Source of the DNA: Gallionella sp. | GTDB lineage: Bacteria; Pseudomonadota; Gammaproteobacteria; Burkholderiales; Gallionellaceae | Length of the DNA stretch: 64,000 bases | NCBI GenBank assembly: GCA_028710525.1 | Contig: JAQTTY010000009.1 | Coordinates: forward strand, 53-64,052 | Direction: 5' to 3' | In this document: piece after piece, positions 58,965 to 64,000 of the stretch | Position numbering within the stretch: the first letter of the stretch is position 1 | Layout: the number at the start of each line of letters is the position of its first letter | The notes under the pieces: model-generated | Seen by the model: the letters and a program-made list of their open reading frames with translations, nothing else | Told to the model about the DNA's origin: nothing | Database searches by the model: none | Made by a program: the position numbers and the translations under genes

Positions 58965-60419
58965 ATGGCTGCAATGAAGATATTGTTTGTGACCTCTGAG
59001 GCCGCACCTTTAATCAAGACTGGAGGCCTAGCGGACGTCAGCGGCGCTTTGCCCGCAGCGTTATGCAAGCTAGGTGTTGATGTGCGAGTCTTGCTGCCGG
59101 GTTATCCAGTAGTGATGAGTAAGTGTAGTAACTTCGAGGTCGTTGCGACCTTTACTTATCTGACTGGTTTTCCAACCTCGCGTCTTTTATCAGGCAAGAT
59201 GGACAACGGTGTGCCACTGTTGGTGCTAGATTGTCCCGGACTCTATCAACGCGATGGCGGCCCATATCAGGATACCCAAGGTCGCGACTGGTCTGATAAT
59301 GCCAAGCGTTTCGCGCTACTTTCTAAGGTTGCCGCCATCTTAGGTGGCCGTGCCACTCCATTGGCGTGGCATCCAAACTTAGTGCATTGCAACGATTGGC
59401 AGAGCGGTCTTACACCGGCTTATCTGCATTACAAATCTGGTGCAGCAGCCAGTGTTATCACCATACACAATTTGGCATTTCAGGGTAATTTCCCGCGCAG
59501 CAACGTACACACATTGGGGCTGCCCGCCTCCAGTTACAGCATACAAGGCTTGGAGTTCCACGGCATGATGTCCTTCCTCAAGGCGGGTATGTTTTATGCC
59601 GACCATATCACCACGGTCAGCCCGAACTATGCCAGAGAAATACAGCAAGATGAATTAGGCTTTGGCATGCAAGGCTTATTGAACGATAGGACCGCGCAAC
59701 TCACCGGCATCCTTAACGGTATAGATGAAGACGAATGGGATCCTGCCAGCGACCCGCATCTGAGCAAGAACTACGACAGCAAGAATTTCAAAGGCAAAGC
59801 GCTGAACAAACAAGCGCTGCAAAAGCGCATGGGCTTGGAAGAAGATGCCTCCATTCCATTGTTGGGTGTGGTCAGTCGTTTTACCCATCAGAAAGGCCTA
59901 GATTTGTTGTTAGAGATCGCGCCACGTCTGATGGAAATACCGGTGCAATTGGTGATGCTGGGTAGCGGTGATGTCGCTATGCAAAATGCTGCTCAGAATC
60001 TGGCACAACGATATCCTGGAAAAATAGCGGTGATGGTTGGTTTCAACGAAGCACTGTCGCACCAGATCGAAGCGGGAGCGGACATGTTCATGATGCCTTC
60101 TCGCTTTGAGCCATGTGGCCTGAACCAAATGTACAGCCAACGTTACGGCACCCCCCCTCTGGTACACGATACCGGTGGTTTGGCCGACTCGGTAGTGGAT
60201 TGCAACTCCACCACCTTGGCAGACGGCAGTGCCAGTGGTTTTGTCTTCCACGGCATGACGGCGGACAACTTGCATCACACCATCCTGCGCGCCGTCGCGG
60301 TCTATAAGAACAACAAGGAGTGGCTGACCCTATGCAAGAACTGCATGGCCAAAGACTTCAGCTGGGAGACCAGCGCCAAAGCCTATCTGGATGTCTATAA
60401 CAAGGTGCTGGGCCGCTAG
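58965..60419 (+). CDS. glgA: Glycogen synthase (ADP-glucose type)
   Basis: KILFVTSEAAPLIKTGGLADV signature. Start chosen after SD GGGGAG. Confidence 0.9.
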   Translation: MAAMKILFVTSEAAPLIKTGGLADVSGALPAALCKLGVDVRVLLPGYPVVMSKCSNFEVVATFTYLTGFPTSRLLSGKMDNGVPLLVLDCPGLYQRDGGPYQDTQGRDWSDNAKRFALLSKVAAILGGRATPLAWHPNLVHCNDWQSGLTPAYLHYKSGAAASVITIHNLAFQGNFPRSNVHTLGLPASSYSIQGLEFHGMMSFLKAGMFYADHITTVSPNYAREIQQDELGFGMQGLLNDRTAQLTGILNGIDEDEWDPASDPHLSKNYDSKNFKGKALNKQALQKRMGLEEDASIPLLGVVSRFTHQKGLDLLLEIAPRLMEIPVQLVMLGSGDVAMQNAAQNLAQRYPGKIAVMVGFNEALSHQIEAGADMFMMPSRFEPCGLNQMYSQRYGTPPLVHDTGGLADSVVDCNSTTLADGSASGFVFHGMTADNLHHTILRAVAVYKNNKEWLTLCKNCMAKDFSWETSAKAYLDVYNKVLGR

Positions 60420-60432
60420 TACTTAGCCTAGC

Positions 60433-62973
60433 TCAGATAATCTGTGTTTCGGTGACCGTGATGTCGAAACGGTCCGGCAGTGCGCTGGGATGCAACCGTC
60501 GTGCACAATACTTCATCAGCTCTTCTGCGCTAGCGACTAGGTTGTTATGCAAGGTGACTTGCGCAATCAACTGAACGTTCTCATTTTCATCGCTCTGTTT
60601 TACTACCCGCGCCAGCGCGATTGCCGGATGTTCGTATAAGGCCTCTTCCACCTGTCGGGGAAACACCCGAAGTCCGGACCTAATCAACATATTTTCCTTA
60701 CGTTCGATGATGGTGAAGAATCCGTTTTCATCCATGCTGGCGATGTCGCCGGTCGCCATCCAACCATCTTGCAATACACGCGCACTGGCTACACTGCTTC
60801 TTGCATTATGTCCGCCGTATCCGGCAAATACTTGTGGGCCGCGTACCCAAAGCTCCCCAACCGCATCAATCTCTACGGGGGTGCCACTATCAAGATCGAG
60901 AATCTTAGCTTCGGTGTCGGGTAGTGGTAAACCGACCACGCCGCTTTGACGGCGACCAGCCAAAGGCATGGCTAAAACTGCCGGCGAAGCTTCCGCCACG
61001 CCATAGGCTTCCACTAAGCGACCACGTGTAATTTTCTCGAACATCTCACGTATTTCCAGTGGCAGCGGTGCGCCGCCCACGGCACAGACCCTAATCGATG
61101 CTAAGCCGAAACGTCGCACGCCGGGTGTGTGGGCGAGTTGCTGGATGATGGGTGGAATGGTGGGAAAGTAGGTGGGTTTAGATTTCTTGATGGTATTAAG
61201 TAGGTGTGAGATATCTGACGCGGGCAGCAAAATCAATGTTGCGCCCAAGTACACGCCTAGATGCAATAAGCCAGTCAGTCCATAAGCTAGCGAAAACGGT
61301 TGTTGCGCCAAAAATCGTTCTGCGCCAGGGCGAGATTCGGGCAACCAATGTCGCAACTGCAGCGCATTTGAAGCGAGGTTGCGATGTGTCAATGGTATAG
61401 GTAGTGATGGGCCGCTGCGTCCATAGGAATAGACGATGGCCGCGATGTCTTCGATCGATAGCGTGATTTCGGGAGGATAGTTACGCCCACGCGCCAATAC
61501 TTGTTTGAACGAAACATAAAGTCTGTGTTGTTGGTGTCTTTGAGTGCCTTGTACAAACCAAGGTAGGCGATGTCCATCTTGGGCGTTGTGCAGCAAGGCG
61601 AACTTAATACGTTCACGCCACCCCATGTGATCCATAGGCGAGACCAGCACTACACGTTGCAGACCTTCCAAACGCTTATCCGTCTGTACATAGGGACTCA
61701 ACTCGGCATGTCGCTTGCTGGCGGTAATCAGCATCATCGTTCCAGTATCTGCGATACGGTCGAACAATACTTCTTTGTCCGCATGGGCGTCGCAGAGCAC
61801 TGCGACCCCTCCGGCTTTGAGGATGCCGTAGTAGGCGATGATCCAATCAGGTGAGTTTGGTAAGACCAGCATGACGCTCCCGCCAGCATGGAGTCCCAAC
61901 GCACGAAGCCCATGGGCGCAACGGTTGGCCAAGCGGTCTATGCTGCGCCAATCCAGCTTGCCGCCGCAATATTCCACCGCCGTGACCTTGGCATAGCGCC
62001 GTGCGGTCGCTTCCAACAGACGTGGTAATGCCACCGTGGGCGGTTTTATCCTATAGGGGGTACGCGTATCGTAGAACTTCAGCCAAGGGCGCTCTGCTTC
62101 TAGTGCCTTGAGTGCGTTGCGTCGCTGGGATTTTTTCTGGGTGCGATATTCAACTAAAGACAGTGGGTCAGTTTGCGATTGCAGAAAACGCTCTATGGCA
62201 CGGTTCACTGCATCGGGTCGTTCCACCATGACCTGATGTGCTGAGACTTGTATCACTACTTCTTCAACATCTGGAATCAGCTTGGCGACTTCCTTATATG
62301 AAGTCTGAGAGAACAATATGTCACGCTGGCCGAGTATCACCATGGTGGGAGTTTGGATGTTGCGCAGGTATTCGGTGCCATCCCAGACCGATAGTCCGTT
62401 CTTGTTCTGCAGATACACCACATGGGCGGGAGGATAGACACGTGCTGCGTGGAAGCCCACATAAGGCAGGAGTTTGCGCAACCAAGTCAGGATGCGCGGA
62501 GGCACGCGCAGCACCATACGTCCCGCTAAGCGTAGTTTGAAGCGTACCGCTGAGGAGATGATGACCAGTGCGCTGACTCGATCGGCGTGACTTTGCATGT
62601 AGTAGCTGCACAGTGCGCCACCGAAGGAATGGCAGATCAGTATGAATTGCTCAGGGACTTTCAAGACATCGAGAGCGGCTTCGATATCGCCAACCAACTC
62701 GGGCACGTCGTAACGCGCACCTTGGGCCTCAGTCGGCGCATCGGTGTAACCGTGACCGCGCAGATCAAGGGCGATGACGCGGTAGTCAGCTTGGAAGTGC
62801 TCTAGTTGATTGTCCCAGTAGGCGGCACGTCCGCCGAAACCGTGGATGAAGACGATGGTCTGGGCTGCGTCACGTGCACCGGAGTCGACGACGCTCATCT
62901 CCAAGGGTTTGCCCTCGGCGAGTCTGCCGTTGAGTTTGATCGTGTAGCGATGCAGATCGACGTCGAATCTCAT
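60433..62973 (-). CDS. Alpha/beta-hydrolase fused to an AMP-dependent synthetase/ligase (adenylate-forming enzyme)
   Basis: N-terminal HGFGG and nucleophile elbow CHSFGG. C-terminal EAYGVAEAS and WMATGDIASMDENGFFTIIERKENMLIRSG adenylation motifs. Confidence 0.7.
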   Translation of the reverse strand: MRFDVDLHRYTIKLNGRLAEGKPLEMSVVDSGARDAAQTIVFIHGFGGRAAYWDNQLEHFQADYRVIALDLRGHGYTDAPTEAQGARYDVPELVGDIEAALDVLKVPEQFILICHSFGGALCSYYMQSHADRVSALVIISSAVRFKLRLAGRMVLRVPPRILTWLRKLLPYVGFHAARVYPPAHVVYLQNKNGLSVWDGTEYLRNIQTPTMVILGQRDILFSQTSYKEVAKLIPDVEEVVIQVSAHQVMVERPDAVNRAIERFLQSQTDPLSLVEYRTQKKSQRRNALKALEAERPWLKFYDTRTPYRIKPPTVALPRLLEATARRYAKVTAVEYCGGKLDWRSIDRLANRCAHGLRALGLHAGGSVMLVLPNSPDWIIAYYGILKAGGVAVLCDAHADKEVLFDRIADTGTMMLITASKRHAELSPYVQTDKRLEGLQRVVLVSPMDHMGWRERIKFALLHNAQDGHRLPWFVQGTQRHQQHRLYVSFKQVLARGRNYPPEITLSIEDIAAIVYSYGRSGPSLPIPLTHRNLASNALQLRHWLPESRPGAERFLAQQPFSLAYGLTGLLHLGVYLGATLILLPASDISHLLNTIKKSKPTYFPTIPPIIQQLAHTPGVRRFGLASIRVCAVGGAPLPLEIREMFEKITRGRLVEAYGVAEASPAVLAMPLAGRRQSGVVGLPLPDTEAKILDLDSGTPVEIDAVGELWVRGPQVFAGYGGHNARSSVASARVLQDGWMATGDIASMDENGFFTIIERKENMLIRSGLRVFPRQVEEALYEHPAIALARVVKQSDENENVQLIAQVTLHNNLVASAEELMKYCARRLHPSALPDRFDITVTETQII

Positions 62974-63046
62974 GGCCGCACCTTATCAGTTCTGGTTGAG
63001 GACAGTCCTGTGTAACTTGTGCATCGCCACCTAGGTGGCGGAAGTG

Positions 63047-64000
63047 CTATCTGCTGTGCTGATGGTAATGCGCAATCAATCCACTGGTTGAGGTATCGTG
63101 CGGTGTAATAGCTGCTGTCTTGGGCAGTTCCTTCAATATCTTGCTAGCCAACTGCTTGCCCAGCTCTACGCCCCATTGATCGAAAGGATTGATGTTCCAA
63201 ATCACACTTTGCACGAAAACTTTATGCTCGTACAAGGCGATCAACATACCCAAGGTGTGCGCATCCAATAGCTCTACCAGCAGGGTATTGGTGGGTTTGT
63301 TACCAGGGAATACCTTGTGTGGCAGTAGTTCTTCCAACGTCTCGCCCGACATTCCCTGTGCGACCAGTTCAGCGCGTGCCTGATCTTCTGTCTTGCCGAC
63401 CATTAAGGCTTCGGTCTGCGCGAAACAGTTGGCAATCAGGATGTCGTGATGTTGTCCGAGTGGATTCTGGCTGCGCATAGGCGCAATGAAATCGCAGGGG
63501 ATAAGACGGGTGCCCTGATGGATGAGCTGGTAGAAAGCGTGCTGGCCATTAGAGCCAGGTTCGCCCCAGACCTCCATGCCAGTGTCGTAGTCAACCACCT
63601 TGCCTTGGCGGTCTACACCCTTACCGTTGCTCTCCATATCCAGTTGTTGCAGATAGGCAGTGAAGCGGTGCATGTATTGATCGTAGGGGAATACCGCATT
63701 CGATTCGGCATGGAAGAAGTTACCATACCAGACGCCCAACATCGCCATGATGACGGGGATGTTTTGATCCAAAGGCGCGTGGCAGAAATGCTCGTCCATA
63801 GTATGAGCGCCGCTCAATAACTCTTCGAACTTGTCCATACCGAGGAACAAGGCGATGGGCAAACCGATCGCCGACCACAACGAATAACGACCACCTACCC
63901 AATCCCAGAATTCAAACACATTGTCTGGGTTGATGCCGAACTTAGCGGTTGCCTGCAGATTGGTCGAGACCGCCGCGAAGTGTTTGGCGACCGCATTTTC
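63047..64000 (-). CDS. pgi: Glucose-6-phosphate isomerase (5' end beyond the window)
   Basis: PGI signature [19 protein letters not shown]. The reading frame stays open to the window edge. Confidence 0.9.
   Translation of the reverse strand, partial: ENAVAKHFAAVSTNLQATAKFGINPDNVFEFWDWVGGRYSLWSAIGLPIALFLGMDKFEELLSGAHTMDEHFCHAPLDQNIPVIMAMLGVWYGNFFHAESNAVFPYDQYMHRFTAYLQQLDMESNGKGVDRQGKVVDYDTGMEVWGEPGSNGQHAFYQLIHQGTRLIPCDFIAPMRSQNPLGQHHDILIANCFAQTEALMVGKTEDQARAELVAQGMSGETLEELLPHKVFPGNKPTNTLLVELLDAHTLGMLIALYEHKVFVQSVIWNINPFDQWGVELGKQLASKILKELPKTAAITPHDTSTSGLIAHYHQHSR

Overview
This 64 kb window looks like a betaproteobacterial-type chromosome: housekeeping genes flank a roughly 21 kb accessory island of mosaic GC content (about 5.7-27.1 kb) that ends at a tRNA-Ser(GGA). 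The left flank carries a Lys/Ala-rich repeat protein, a secreted hypothetical protein, two tandem PhoA-type alkaline phosphatases and ihfB. The island contains: a divergent pair of a 395-aa hypothetical protein and a Lon-type AAA+ ATPase without a protease domain; a P4-type tyrosine integrase; an AlpA-like regulator; and small hypotheticals. It also holds a type I R-M locus (hsdM-hsdS ... hsdR) interrupted by a low-GC two-gene cassette (4-TM protein plus a 314-aa soluble protein, Kiwa KwaA/KwaB-like) and by a Fic gene translationally coupled to hsdR. Further along are a 33-bp tandem-repeat ORF, a 244-bp imperfect palindrome, an SRAP (YedK-like) gene, and an AAA+ ATPase / S8 subtilase pair resembling the IetAS defence system. 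The signal I trust most from reading the sequence itself is a structured small RNA. It has a GNRA hairpin, a hairpin with a CUCCUCCC loop, a hairpin with a C-rich loop, and a rho-independent terminator. It occurs as two diverged copies in inverted orientation (about 5190-5295 minus strand and 22764-22868 plus strand), and compensatory base changes preserve the stems. All three hsd genes carry in-frame GC-rich palindromic (REP-like) insertions. The right part (27.2-64 kb) is core: gloB, a methyltransferase, rnhA, dnaQ, ldhA, a flavoprotein, a hybrid histidine kinase plus CheB/CheR-PAS fusion, slyX, a CYTH-CHAD protein, hpnCDE, prmB, dapE, pilU, dapD, dapC, a solo TnpB element, tas, ygiD, glgP-glk-glgA, an alpha/beta-hydrolase-adenylating enzyme fusion, and partial pgi. 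All functional calls rest on motifs read from the translations; no database search was run.
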